Below are positions 50,895 to 63,836 of a DNA stretch of 64,000 nucleotides, piece by piece. The notes beneath the pieces were generated by a model. It saw only the letters and a list, made by a program, of their open reading frames with translations. It was not told the DNA's origin and made no database searches. The stretch is taken from assembly GCA_030390025.1 (NCBI GenBank), contig CM059431.1, positions 95,606,001 to 95,670,000 on the forward strand. Direction: 5' to 3'. The position numbers and the translations under genes were made by a program. This DNA is from Squalus acanthias (Eukaryota). Every line of letters starts with the position of its first letter. Positions within the stretch are counted from its first letter, which is position 1.

Positions 50895-53765
50895 TAGAGG
50901 GATACCAGAGGGTTAAAGAGGGGATTAATACAATTGAAAGGAAGGATATTAGCTCTGATGATGCGGAATCTGTATGGGTAGAACTGAGAAATAACAAGGG
51001 GCAGAAAACATTAGTGGGAGTGGTATATAGACCTCCAAACAGTAATACGGAGGTTGGGGACGGCATTAAAAGGGAAATTAGAGAAGCATGCAGTAAGGGC
51101 ACAGCAGTCCTCATGGGTGACTTTAATTTACATACAGATTGGGCGAACCAAATTAGTAAAAATACTGTGGAGGAGGAATTCCTAGAATGTTTACGGGATG
51201 GTTTTCTGGAACAATATGTCGAGGAACCAACCAGAGATCAGGCCATCTTAGACTGGGTATTATGTAACGAGAAAGGATTAATTAGCAATCTTGTTGTACG
51301 AGGCCCCTTGGGTCAGAGTGATCATAATATGATAGAATTCTTCATTAGGATGGAGAGTGAAGTAGTTGAATCAGAGACTTGGGGCCTGAATTTAAATAAA
51401 GGAAACTATGATGGTATGAGGCACGAATTGGGTAGGATTGATTGGGGAATGTCACTCAAAGGGTTGACGGTGGATAGGCAATGGCAAACATTCAAAGACT
51501 GCATGGATGAACTACAGAATTTGTTCATCCCAGTGTGGCATAAGAATAAAACAAAAAGGGTGACTCAACCGTGGCTAACAAGGGAAATTAGGGATAGCAT
51601 AAGATCCAAGGAGAGGGCATATAAATTGGCCAGAAAAAGCGGTAACCCTGAGGATTGGGATCAGTTTAGGATTCAACAAAGGAGGACAAAGGGATTAATT
51701 AAGAAGCGGAAGATAGAATATGAAAGTAAGCTTGCTGGGAACATAAAAACTGGCTGCAAGAGCTTTTATAGATATGTGAAGAGAAAAAGATTAGTGAAAT
51801 CAAGTGTAGGTCCCTTGCAGTCAGAAGCGGGGGAAGTTATAATGGGGAACAAAGAAATGGCAGGCCAATTAAATGCATATTTTGGTTCTGTCTTCACAAA
51901 GGAGGACACAAATAACCTCCCAGAGATGTTGGAGAACATATGGTCTGATGAAAGGGAGGAACTGAAAGAAATCAGTATTTGTAGGGAAATGGTGTTAGGG
52001 AAATTGACGGGATTGAAGGCCGATAAATCCCCAAGGCCTGATAATCTACATCCTAGGGTACTTAAGGAAGTGGCCCTAGAAATAGTAGATGCATTGCTGA
52101 TCATCTTCCAACATTCGATGGAATCTGGAACTGTACCCATGGATTGGAGGGTAGCTAATGTTACCCCACTATTCAAAAAGGGTGGTAGAGAGAAAGTGGG
52201 GAATTACAGACTGGTAGGCCTGACATTGGTAGTGGGGAAAATGCTAGAGTCCATTATAAAGGATGTAATAGCAGAGCACTTGAAAAACAGTCAGAGGATC
52301 GGACAAGATGCGGAGATGCCGGTGTTGGACTGGGGTGGACAAAAATGAGAAGTCGCACAACACCGGAAGAAGGAGCAGCGCTCCGAAAGCTCGTAATTTC
52401 AAATAAAACTGTTGGACTATAACCTGGTGTTGTGCGACTTCTCAGGATCGGACAAAGTCAACATGGATTTACAAAAGGTAAATCGTGCTTGACTAATCTA
52501 CTGGAATTTTTTGAGGATGTAACTGGGAAAATAGATAAGGGAGAACCAGTAGATGTGGTGTATTTGGACTTTCAAAAGGCTTTCGATAAGGTCCCGCATA
52601 AGAGATTAGTGTTTAAAGTTAAGACACATGGGATTGGGGGCAAGGTATTGACTTGGATAGAGAACTGGTGGCGGACAGAAAGCAGAGAGTAGGAATTAAT
52701 GGGTCTTTTTCCGAGTGGCAAGCAGTGACTAGTGGGGTACCGCAGGGATCGGTCCTTGGACCCCAGCTATTCACAATATACATTAATGATCTAGATAAGG
52801 GAACTAAATGTAATATCTCCAAGTTTGCAGATGACACAAAGCTGGGTGGGAGTGTGTGTTGCGAGGAGGATACCGAGAAACTCCAGGATGATTTAGACAG
52901 GTTGGGTGAGTGGGCAGAAGCATGGCAGATGCAATATAATGTGGATAAATGCGAGGTTATCCACTTTGGTGTCAAAAACAGAAAGGCAGACTATTATCTG
53001 AATGGCAATAGATTGGGAGAGGGGGAAGTGCAACAAGACCTGGGTGTCCTTGTGCACCAGTCGCTGAAGGTAAGCATGCAGGTGCAGCAGGCGGTGAAGA
53101 AGGCAAATGGTATGTTGGCCTTCATAGCGAAAGAGTTTGTGTATAGGAACAGGGATGTCCTGCTGCAGCTGTACAGGACCTTGGTGAGACCACACCTTGA
53201 GTACTGTGTGCAGTTTTAGTCGCCTTATCTGAGGAAGGATGTTCTTGCCATGGAAGGAGTTCAGCGAAGATTCACAAGGCTGATACCTGGGATGGCAGGA
53301 ATGACATATGAGGAGAGATTGGGTTGATTGGGCATATACTCGCTGGACTATGGAAGAATGAGAGGGGATCTCATCGAAACATATAAAATTCTGACAGGTC
53401 TGGACAAACTAGATGCAGGAAGAATGTTCCCAATGGTCGGAGAGTCCAGAACCAGGGGTCATAATCTGAGGATAAGGGGTAAGCCATTTAGGACAGAAAT
53501 GAGGAAGAATTTCTTCACCCAGAGAGTGGTGAACCTGTGGAATTCTCTACCACAGAAGGTAGTTGAGGCCAAGTCATTAAATATATTCAAGAAGGAGTTA
53601 GATATATTTCTTAAAGCTAAAGGTATCAAGGGATATGGGAGAAGGCAGGTACAGGGTACTGAGTTTGGATGATCAACCATGATCTCATCTAATGGCGGAG
53701 CAGGCTCGAGGGGCCGAATGGCCTACTCCTGCTCCTATCTTCTATGTTACTCTATTTCTATGTTA
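50895..53765 (+). mobile_element. Relatively young 5'-truncated CR1 (partial EN, RT, 3' UTR)
   Basis: ORF 51014-52348 and downstream RT pieces; very similar to 841-2100. Confidence 0.95.
52307..52443 (+). mobile_element. 137-bp Penelope-like insertion with 12-bp TSD and degenerate hammerhead
   Basis: AGGATCGGACAA at 52295-52306 and 52444-52455; 18-bp inverted repeat 52347-52364/52426-52443; CGGAAGA-A-GGAGC-AGC-GCTCC-GAAA-GCTC. Confidence 0.75.
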
Positions 53766-54399
53766 TTAAAATATATAGAAGACTTTTAGTGATAGAAGAG
53801 TTGCTAGTTTGTTTTTTAATGTATTGAACTTTGCAAACACACAAATCCTTTAGCATTACAAATGTAATAGAATAATAGTAGATTAGCAGCTCATTTTACT
53901 GAACACAGTTCCTTATTACAGTAATAATACACCATGTTGTGTAATTTAGGGGCACAAGGACCATGAGAAAGCTTTGTGGCATTAATTCATATTTACTGTC
54001 GCCTCTTGACCTTAACCTGATTATTTCTGTGGCAGCCTGATCCAATAAACGTGATAAACAGTTTGCGAGCAAAAAATCAGGAAATCAGAAAGCAAAATGC
54101 AATACAGAATGTGAAATAACTAAATTACAAGTGATTTTGGAATAATATGGTTCTCCATTTCTTCTCCCCTCCCAACACTCCCTCAAAAAATAATCCATGA
54201 AAATAATTTAGATAAAATGCAGCTGGAACAATCACATAGAATTTACAGCACAGAAAATGAGGATGATGAACTTACAGGGTTACGGACAAAAAGTGGGGGG
54301 GTGAGACGAAGCACGACTGCTTTTTCAGAGAGCCTGCACAGGCACAACGGGCCAAATTGTCTCCTTCTGTGCTTTAAGTTTCTATGATTCTATCATTCA

Positions 54400-55350
54400 A
54401 TGAAAAAGGCCATTCGCCACAACTGGTCTATGCCAGTATTTATGCTCCACAAAAGCCTCCTCCTACTTCATCTCACTATCAACATAACCTTCCAGTCCTT
54501 TCTGCATCATGTATTTACCTAACTTCCCTGAAATGCATCTATGCTATCCAGCTCAACCACTCCCTGTGGTAGCGAGTTCCATATTCTAATCACTCTCTGG
54601 GTAAAGAAGTTTCTCCTGAATTCCCTATTGGATTTATTAGTGACTAATATTTATGGCCCCTAGTTTAGGTCTCCTCCACGAGTGGAAACATCTTCTCTAC
54701 GTCTACCTGATCGAACCCCTTCATAATTTGAAAGACTTCTATTAGGTCACCTCTCAGTTTGCTCTTTTCTAAAGAAACGGGCCCCAGCCTGTTCAGTCTT
54801 TCCTGATAATTGTATCATCTCAGCTCTTGGTATTCTTGTAAAAAAAACTGCACCTTTCTACAATGCTTCTATATCCTTTTCGTAATATGGAGACCAGAAC
54901 TGTGCGCAGTACTCTAAGAATGATCTAACCAAGATTCTACATAAGTTTAACATAACTTCTCTGTTTTCAATTCTATTCCTCTAGAAATGAACCCCAGTTT
55001 GCATTTTATTGGCCTTGTTAATCTGCGTTGCTACTTTAAATGATTTGTGAATCTGTACGCCGAGATCCCTTTGTGCCTCTACCCCATTTAGATTCTTATT
55101 TTCCAAGGAGTAGGTGGTCTCCTTATCTCTTTTACCAAAATGCGCTGCCTATATTGAAATTAATTTTCTATTTACACACCTTGTTCTGCAAGCTTGTTAA
55201 CGTCTTCTTGTCCTTTGTCGCAGTACTAACTATACCTACAATTGGTATCATCCGCAAATTTTGATATTGTACTTCCGATTCCCGAGTCCAAATCATTTAT
55301 GTAAATTGGTGAACAACAGTGGTCCCAGCACCTGTGGAACACCACATCCC
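54400..55350 (-). mobile_element. Old CR1 3' fragment
   Basis: Reverse complement gives CR1 RT C-terminal and 3' sequence (FFTQRV, YCAQFWSP). Confidence 0.8.
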
Positions 55351-55819
55351 ACTATGTACATTTAAAATTTAGAAGCTCACCAAGATAAGGCATGTCGGTG
55401 CTCGTAAATAGAGCGCTGTCTAATTTGGACACCTGCTGCCATTAACTCCACTCTGCCACACAATGGACCAGCAACATATAGGCCCTCCACATGCATATGG
55501 AGGATTCCTGACTGCAACCAGATTATCCAGTGAACCATGAGGGGTTAGCAAAGGGTGGGGGGGGAAATTTGACCATGATGAGTTAAATAAAGGAGGGCAA
55601 AAAATTAGGTCACACTATACTTTACAGCATTTGTGTTCCTGCCCATTCAATTGAGAAATAGATTGTGAATGAGGATGTGCGAAATGTAGAGAAGAATCCA
55701 TAGAATATGGTGTGCACATAGTTTTTTAAAGGTTAATTAGGAAAGTGGCAATTCATTTGTACAGAGTGCATCATTACGAATAGTCTGTTCCTTTACATAA
55801 TTATACATTCTGGCTAAAG

Positions 55820-57235
55820 GAGAGCAGTGGTGAATGGATATTATTCATACTGGAGGGATACTCGATCATTGATATATATGTATATTGGCCCATAGGTCAC
55901 AATATCAAATTTGGGAGACAACACAATGAGTGTTGTCAGTGAAGAAGATGGTAAGTGGCTTCAGGAAAACACAGACAGGTAGATTAGGCAGATAGATGTC
56001 AGATGAAATTTAATGCAGGGAAATATGAGCTGATATATTTGGGAGGAAGAATGAGAGGAAATTTACACCAAATGGCAAACCTTCAAAAGGAGTGGAGGAG
56101 ACTTAAGGGCTGAGCTACACAAATCATTAAAGGTGGGAGAGCAAGTTGATAAAGCTGCAAAAAGAGAAATGCCTATTGGATCCCAGGCTTTACAAATGGG
56201 GGAGAAGAGGTAATGCTAAATCTACAGAAATTTTGGTTAGGCTCTGTCCAGTTTTGGGCTCCCTACATTAGGAAGGATCTTAAGACCATGAAGTGGATGG
56301 AGAAGAGTTTCACTAAGATAATACCAGGGGTGAGAGGCTTTAGTTATGAGTAGAAACTTGAGAAAGTTTTCACTGCAACAGAGAATTTTAAGAGATCCAA
56401 TAGAGGTGTTCAAAATTAGGAGAGTTTTTGAGAAACAAAGAAAGACTTGCATTTATATAGCTCCTTTCATGACCACCGGACATCCCAAAGCGCTTTACAG
56501 CCAATTAAGTACTTTTTTTTGGAAGTATAGTCACTGTTATAATGCAGGAAATGCGGCAGCCAATTTGCGCTCAACAAGCTCCCACAAACAGCAATGTGAT
56601 AATGACCAGATAATCTGTTTTTGTTATGTTGATTGAGGGTTAAGTATTGGCCAGGACACCAGGGAGAACTCACCTGCTCTTCTTCAAAATAATGCCATGG
56701 GATCTTTTACATCTACCTGAGAGAGCAGACAGGTCTCGGTTTAACGTCTCCTCCAAAAGATGGCACCTCCAACAGTGCAGCACTCCCTCAGTACCGCACT
56801 GGAGTGTCAGCCTCGATTTTTTGTGCTCAAGTCTCTGGAGTGGGACTATGAACCCACAACCTTCTGACTCAGAGGTGAGGGTGCTACCCACTGAGCCACA
56901 GCTGACACTACTGAAGATAAATAAGAAAAAACTATTTCCACTGAGCAGTGAATTAGTAACTAGAGGGCATAAATTATCACCAAAAGAACAAAGGGGGAGA
57001 ATGTTTTAAATTCAGCATACTACTAGAACATGGAAAGCCCTACCAGAAAAGGTGGTGGAAGCTGACTCTGTAATAGTTTTTAAAAGGGAAGTAGATCATT
57101 ATTTGAATGAAAAGAAAAATGGTAAGGGGAAAGGGCATGCAAATGGGATGAGGAGGATATCTCTTTCCAAGGGCTGGCACAGGTATGATGGGCCAAATGG
57201 CCTCCTTCAGTACTGTAAAATGTTATGATTCTGAG
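55820..57235 (+). mobile_element. Highly decayed CR1 split by a SINE
   Basis: Recognisable CR1 RT and 3' UTR remnants on both sides of 56436-56910. Confidence 0.7.
56436..56910 (-). mobile_element. tRNA-derived Deu-domain SINE (SacSINE1/AmnSINE1-like)
   Basis: Minus strand A box TGGCTCAGTGGGTAG, B box GGTTCATAGTCC, Deu-like core and TATATAAATGCAAGTCTTTC tail. Confidence 0.8.
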
Positions 57236-57829
57236 AGAATATCAGTAGCAGAAGACATTTAAAAGCCTTTGATCTTTGAAATGGAAATTATAGCCCTGCA
57301 ATTAAACTATATATTCATCAGAATGTCCTTACTCCACCATTTCAATCCTTTTTAAATTCACAGAATCACAGAATCCCCACAGTGCAGAGAGGCGCCATTT
57401 CGGCCCATCAAGCCTGCACCGACACATATCCCACCCTATCCCCGTAACCCCACGTATTTAATCCCCCTAAATTACCATAGATGGGCTAATGCTTTCACTA
57501 ATAGTGGAGAGAGAAATTTGAAACTAACACATGTTTCTAAGCTAGTATCCCAGAGCGTAATTTCAAGTCGTTTTTTTTAGAATATACTATGTCACATTAG
57601 AACCCTACTCCAAACTGTTGTCAGGTTAGAGATAATTCTCAATTATGGTACTACAAAAATTCAGACATTTAGGAAATGTGTATGTTATTTGGAAATGGCT
57701 ATAATCAATAGGGAATGAACCAGCAGGAGGGATTGTAGCTGGCTTTACACACACTTATACTATGGGGTGGTTTTATGAACTGACCTTACGACAGCATACT
57801 TACATTTGTGACTTTGATGAGAGCCATTT

Positions 57830-58690
57830 CAGTACTGTGGCAAGGGCAGAAATCTAATTGGAGGGATTCAAACATGGAATTGCGGGAAAGATGGGCATGA
57901 ATTTGGGAGGTGATAACACATTCAAAGACTTTAGAGAGGAAAAGGAGGTTGGAGATGGGGCGGTAGTTTGCAAGGACAGAGGGGTTAGGGTTGTTTTTTT
58001 TTGAGAGGGGTGATGATGGCAGATTTCAGGGAGAGGGGTCAGTACCTGAAGAGAGAGAACTGTTAACAATGTCAGCTAACATGGGAGCCAGTAAAGGAAA
58101 TTGGGTGGTCAGCAGTTTGGTGGGAATAGGGTTGCGGGAGCAGGAAGTAGGTCTCATGGACAAGATGAGCACGGAGAGGTCATGAGGGGAGATCGGAGAG
58201 TAACTGGAGAAAGATGTGAGTTCAGGGCTAGGGCAGGGGGGAACCTTAGAGGAAGTTTGGCCTGGTGGGCTAGGGGAAGAAGGGAAGTGGCAGACACAGC
58301 TGAATGGATGGTCTCAATCTTAGAGACAAAGAAGTCCATGAGCTCCTCACACTTGTTGTCGGAGGTGAGGGTGGAGGAGACGGGGGGAGGGGTTTAAGAA
58401 GACGGTTAGCAGTGGAGAATAGAAGCCAGGGTTTATCTATGCATTCCAGAATGATTCTGGAATAGTGAGCAATTTTGGCAGACGAGAGCATGGCCCGATA
58501 GTGCTTTATGTGGTCCAGCCAGATCTGGTGGTGAATGGCTAAACCAGTTGTCCGCCATATCCGTTCAAGTCTATGTCCCTTGGGTGTAAGTTAGCGAAGA
58601 TGAGGGCCGTACCGGGGGAACGGCCAGGGTGAGAGAAAGTAATTGTTTTAATAGGGATTAGGACATCAAAGGTGGTGGTGAGGGTATGTG
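57830..58690 (-). mobile_element. L2-type LINE fragment
   Basis: Homologous to 28770-28860 and 32610-33400 (AKIAHYSRIILEC, MDFFVSKIETI). Confidence 0.8.
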
Positions 58691-59950
58691 CACAGATCCC
58701 TGAAGGTAGCAAGACAGGTAGATAAGGTGGTTAAGAAGGCATACGGGATACTTTCCTTTATTAGCCAAGGCATAGAATATAAGAGCAAGGAGGTTATTCT
58801 TGAACTGTATAAAACACTAGTTAGGCCACAGCTGGAGTAATGCGTACAGTTCTGGTCACCTCATTACAGGAAAGATGTGATTGCACTGGAGAGGGTACAG
58901 AGGAGATTTCCGAGGATGTTTCCAGGACTGCAGCATTTTAGCTATGAGGAATGATTGGATATGCTCAGGTTGTTTTCTTTGGAATGGAGGAGGCTGAGCA
59001 GAGACTTAACTGTGGTGTATAGAATTATGAGGGTCCGAGATAGAGTGGATAGGAAGGACCTATTTCCCTTAGCAGAGAGGTCAATAACCAGGGGACATAG
59101 ATTTAAAGTAATTGGTAGAAGAATTAGAGGGGACTTGAGGAGAACATTTTTCACCCAGAGGGTGGTAGGGGTCTGAAACTTACTGCCTGAAAGGGTGGTA
59201 GAGGCAGAAACCCTCATCACATTTAAAAAGTACTTGGCTATGCACTTGAAGTGCTGTAACCTACAGGGCTACAGACCAAGAGCTGGAAAGTGGAATTAGG
59301 CTGGATAGCTCTTTTTCAGCCGGCACAGACACGATGGGCTGAATGGCCTCCTTCTGTGCCATAAATTTCTGTGATTCAAGTTTGTAGATAACACTAAGTT
59401 ACGAGGCACAGTAAGTTGTGCAGATCGGATCAGGAAGTTACAAAGGGACGTGGCAAAGTAATTAACTTGGCAAAATTGTGGCAGATGGAGTTCAATGTTG
59501 GGAAGTGTGAGGTCAAGTACATTGACAAGAAAGACAAATCATAATACTTTCTCAATGGTGGTAAATTAGGAACTGCGGAGGAGCAAAATGATTTGGGTGT
59601 CCGTGCGCCCCAAATCATTAAAAACTAGTGGACAGGTACAAAAAGGCTAATGGAATGTTGGCTTTATCTCAAGTGGGCTGGAATACAATGGGGAGGAAGT
59701 TATCCTTCCATTGTACAGAGCCTTAGTCAGATCCCATCTGGAATACTGTATTCAGTTCTGGGCACCGCACCTCAGGAAGGTTATATTGGCCTTGGAGTGG
59801 GTACATACAGATTCACCAGAATGATACCAGGGCTTAAAGGGTTAAATTATGAGGGTGATTGCATAAACTTGGTTTGTATTCCCTGAAGTTTAGACGGGTG
59901 AGGGGTGATCTAATCAACGTGTTTAAAATGACAAAAGGATTTGATTTAAT
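58690..59950 (+). mobile_element. Two CR1 fragments (58690-59378 and ~59380-59950)
   Basis: CR1 C-terminal motifs and tail, followed by an older RT fragment. Confidence 0.88.
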
Positions 59951-60584
59951 TAGAATGGCTGCACCTCTGGAACAAGCCACGGTCTTCAAGAGAGAAACAG
60001 AGAAAATAAAAAGGTGGGGTGGGAAATGGGTATACAGATAGAATTTATTATTATATCCACTCACTTTCAATCTTCATTTTTAAATTACTGTGTTTCTTTC
60101 TCAATCAGCATGATAGTAGTTAACAAGGAATGGCTGTTATCATATAATCGCTTCCTCTGTTCTAAAGTCTGTAATACTTGTATTTGTAATTCACTCCTGA
60201 AAAACTCAAGAAAACCATTACATTGGTGAAGTGTCAAAGACTACCAAAAGGCTGTAAAATGAGTTAAAGTTTTCCTAGTGAATTCCAGTAAAGTTAGTCT
60301 CTGCCAACCTACAGATCGATAGCCCATGGTTTTCTTTTGCAACAAGTGACAGCATTCTAGCAATTTCAACAGTCAGGCCACTTCAGTTTTTACCTTGGTA
60401 CAGTTGGGATTGTCAGATGCAAGTATTGCAGGGAGAAGCTCATCTTTACTTGTACAAATAAGCGACTCCAGCAAATTAGTTTAAAAATATTGAATAAAAT
60501 GTACATTACTTGGGCAGATAGCAAACAAATCTGAGGAGCCAACACTTCAGAGAAGAGAACACAAAAAAGGAGCTGCAGTAATAC

Positions 60585-60913
60585 CTTTGTGTTCGGACTC
60601 ATTGTTGGGTGTGCCAGCATCCCTTTGTTCAAAGGAGTCAGCGGAAGTGCTTCTTTCCCTCTTGCCCTTCCCTTTTATCGCACTGCTTGTCCCCAGGCCT
60701 TGCCCATTTTTCAGTCCCAGGTTTCCTCCTGAGCCTTGGGAAGCTTTCGAGCCATGGTTCGCACTCACGATCTTTGAATCACAAGGTGAGGCCTGTGACT
60801 GGCTGTTGCTACCCTGCTTCCCTTGATTGGACAGTTTGGTGTCCAGCTGTGATGCACTTAAAGGAGACGTCACAGGAGGTGACCGGACTGTGGCCTCCTG
60901 CTTGGCTTTTGGG
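60585..60913 (-). CDS. BCL9: BCL9 internal coding exon (N-terminal region)
   Basis: Translation PKAKQEATVRSPPVTSP...QLDTKLSNQGKQG...SQSQASPCDSK...GLKNG...KGKGKRERSTSADSFEQRDAGTPNNESEHK closely matches the vertebrate BCL9 N-terminus as I recall it (PKSKQEVMVRPP...KGKGKRERSISADSFDQRDPGTPNDDSDIK). Polypyrimidine/AG acceptor at 60914-60915 and GT donor at 60583-60584; 329 nt, phase 2 in, phase 1 out. Confidence 0.92.
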
Positions 60914-62169
60914 CTGGAAACAAAGCAAAAATAAAAAATAAACATACTCACAAATGACTCTTTTTTTCCGACCTCCTGGATGTTATTTATTCAAGAACTA
61001 CTTTCCTTTGAGATTAGTATATACTCTGAAGGCCATAGAGATTTCAAATCACTCATTGTAGTTATTTTCCAATATAATAACCCCTACTTTCACATTTCAG
61101 ATTATTGTGACCATATTTCCACAGAAGATGCTGTATTTTAAAGCACAGTGTAGTCACACAAGTTTTAAAAATGCCTCCGAGAAGATAGGTGATTTAAATC
61201 TATCTTTTAAGTTGTTTCCCTTAAACTGTAAATAATTTGTTAACTTGTCTCAGCAATTAATAAATACCTCATACCCATTGTATTAGAAAGTCTCTGATCC
61301 TTTTTGTTGTGAACAGAGGAAGATTAAAAATTATTGACATAGAGACAGGTTTTTTTAAAAAGGGAATGCTGCATGCAGTCAAGCCGAACAAAGGCTACAA
61401 GAAGTTTAGAATGCAGAGTAGAAAAAAATGTTTTGTTTTAAGTATGACAATCCACTGATGTGAGGAAAAGTAGCATGTTCATTGTTTTGTGCTATGACAC
61501 AAAATTGCACAATAAACAAAGTAAATCTTGTCTTAGCTGCTGCTCTGTACATTCACTCGTTGTGAAATAAAGCAGCTTAATGATTTCTATCCGGCCTCAT
61601 CTCACTAAGTTGTTGCTCAATCCACCTTTGAAGGGGTTGAAGAAGCAAAAAACACGAATACCCATTTCAAATTGTTACACCATGGGTTATGCTATCATAT
61701 GGCTAACAATTGGACAGTACAGGCATACCCCTAAATATAAGAAACTCAGATCTGTTAAGGAAGTGACTGGCACCACTGTACCTAAGAGAATATCTAAGGC
61801 AAGACCCAAAACGTGTAATGTCTACCAACAACAAAACATGCAAACTTGACTTTTTAAAACACCCAAGCACTGCAATTTCACTGTGGGATATTAGATTTGC
61901 ATATCATTTTTGTTTAGAATTTCCTCTGAGTGCTATTTTAAAGAGAAGTGTTAAATTGTTTATTTTAAATGCCATTAACACTTGCATTAAAATAGGAGAG
62001 AGAGGAATGTTGCATGAATGTGTTAATTGTTGGTGGAATTTCACAGCCTCAATGCTATTGCTGAACCAAGTCGCAAATGCTCAAAATTTAGATTCGCTGA
62101 GGCAGTTTGGTCGACTTATATGGAGGTACCTGAAAAGAGCACAGTATTCAAACTCGCCAGCCTAAGTAG

Positions 62170-62710
62170 GTGTGCAGTTCTGGTCACCACATTACAGGAA
62201 AGATGTGATTGCACTAGAGAGGGTACAGAGGAGATTTACAAGGATGTTGCCGGGAGTAGAGAATCTTAGCTATGAGGAAAGACTGGATAGGTTGGGTTTG
62301 TTTTCCTTGGAACAGAGGAGGCTGAGGGGAGACCTTATTGAGGTGTATAAAATTATGAGGGGCATAGATAAAGTGGATAGAAAGGACCTATTTCCCTCAG
62401 CAGAGGGGTCAAAAACCAGGGGCACAGATTTAAAGTAATTGGTGGAAGGTTTAGAGGGGATTTGAGGGGAAATTTCTTCACCCAGAGGGTTGTGGGGGTC
62501 TGGAACTCACTGCCTGAAAGGGTGGTAGAGGCAGCAACCCTAACCACATTTAAAAAGTACTTGGATGTGCACTTGGGATGCTGTAACCTGCAGGGCTACA
62601 GACCAAGAGCTGGGAAGTGGGATTAGGCTGGATAGCTCTTTGTTGGCCGGCGCGGACATGATGGGCCGAAATGGCCTCCTTCCGTGCTGTAACTTTCAAT
62701 GAGTCTATGA
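62170..62710 (+). mobile_element. CR1 3' fragment
   Basis: QFWSPHYRKDVIALERVQRRFTRM and CR1 3' UTR. Confidence 0.92.
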
Positions 62711-63161
62711 GGTTCTTTAGCTGGCTATTGCAAAGACTGCTATTTACAGCCCTTTGAAGGTAGGAAATTACATCTCTCAGAGAGCAATGAAAAGCTAGAA
62801 AGACCAAACTCACACATAGGAGTACACAGCAGGGTGATCTGTTCCTCTTTCCTACCAGGAATAATTAATGTCCAGAGGACAGATCATAACATGAGGTCCA
62901 TTGTTCAAATCTAGTTACCATCAAGAGCATATCCAAAACCAAAAGCCACAAAGCCCAGAAGTTTGCCAGACTTGTTATCCTGTGGCACTGCTTCCTTTCT
63001 GGTGCCATAAGTTTTTTTGACCAAAGGCAAATGTTACCATATTTTAGTGGTATGGTGATTAAAGTAACAACCGGGTTATCTCATTCAAGGAAAAAGCCTG
63101 AACTTAGTTCACACCTTTGACCATTTTCTATTTCGAACATATTTCTTGGTGTTCACCTTAT

Positions 63162-63836
63162 GGGCTGGATTTTGATACTGGGGCGGGTTGGGGTCGTGTT
63201 ATCCACCCGACTGCAATTGGATGTGGGAGATTGATGCGATTTTCACCTAATTGGGCAATTGAGTTCCAGCATGTGGGAACCCATGACCCAATTAGTGTTT
63301 TCAGTCTGAAAGTCACCTCTGATGATGTCATCATTGCTGCCGCATTGAAGGTCTGCAAAGACTGCCTGGCCTTTGCTGTGAGAGGACCTGGATGCAAAAT
63401 GAGCAGCAGCAGCCCTAAGTCTGCTCCCAGATATTTTTGCACCACCACCACTCCCAGATATGTATCCTCCTCCTCCTCCTCCTACAACATCTCCGTTGTA
63501 ATTGTGGACCTGCAGCTGATAGTCAGCTATTCAAATGTGCTCCCGCCAGGTTTCACATTCGTGGTTCAGAACAGGCGTGCTTTACGTAGAAAAAGGGTTA
63601 AAATCACAAAGGCCTTTCAAAATGGCATTATAGAGGCAATTTAGTGCTTGTTAAGGGCCTTAACAGCCTATCCCGCCTCTTAGAGACGGGACGGAGTCGG
63701 GACCAGCAGACACGATTTAATGAAAATTGCGTGGAGGTGGGATGGAGGCGGGCTTGTGCCCGCCCACCAGTTTTCGCAATTTTAACCACCCACAAGCCTC
63801 CAAACCCACCTCCACGGGTCAATGAAAATCCAGCCC
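63162..63836. mobile_element. MITE-like element (probably Harbinger), 675 bp
   Basis: Perfect 12-bp TIRs GGGCTGGATTTT/AAAATCCAGCCC; flanks TAT/TTT. Confidence 0.8.

Noticed and set aside
56840..56910. tRNA gene
   Set aside because: The A and B boxes belong to a SINE head; no complete cloverleaf.
906..62547. Recurrent antisense ORFs over CR1s (e.g. SSANLEIL..., PSTDPCGTP...)
   Set aside because: Shadow frames of RT coding sequence with no independent support.
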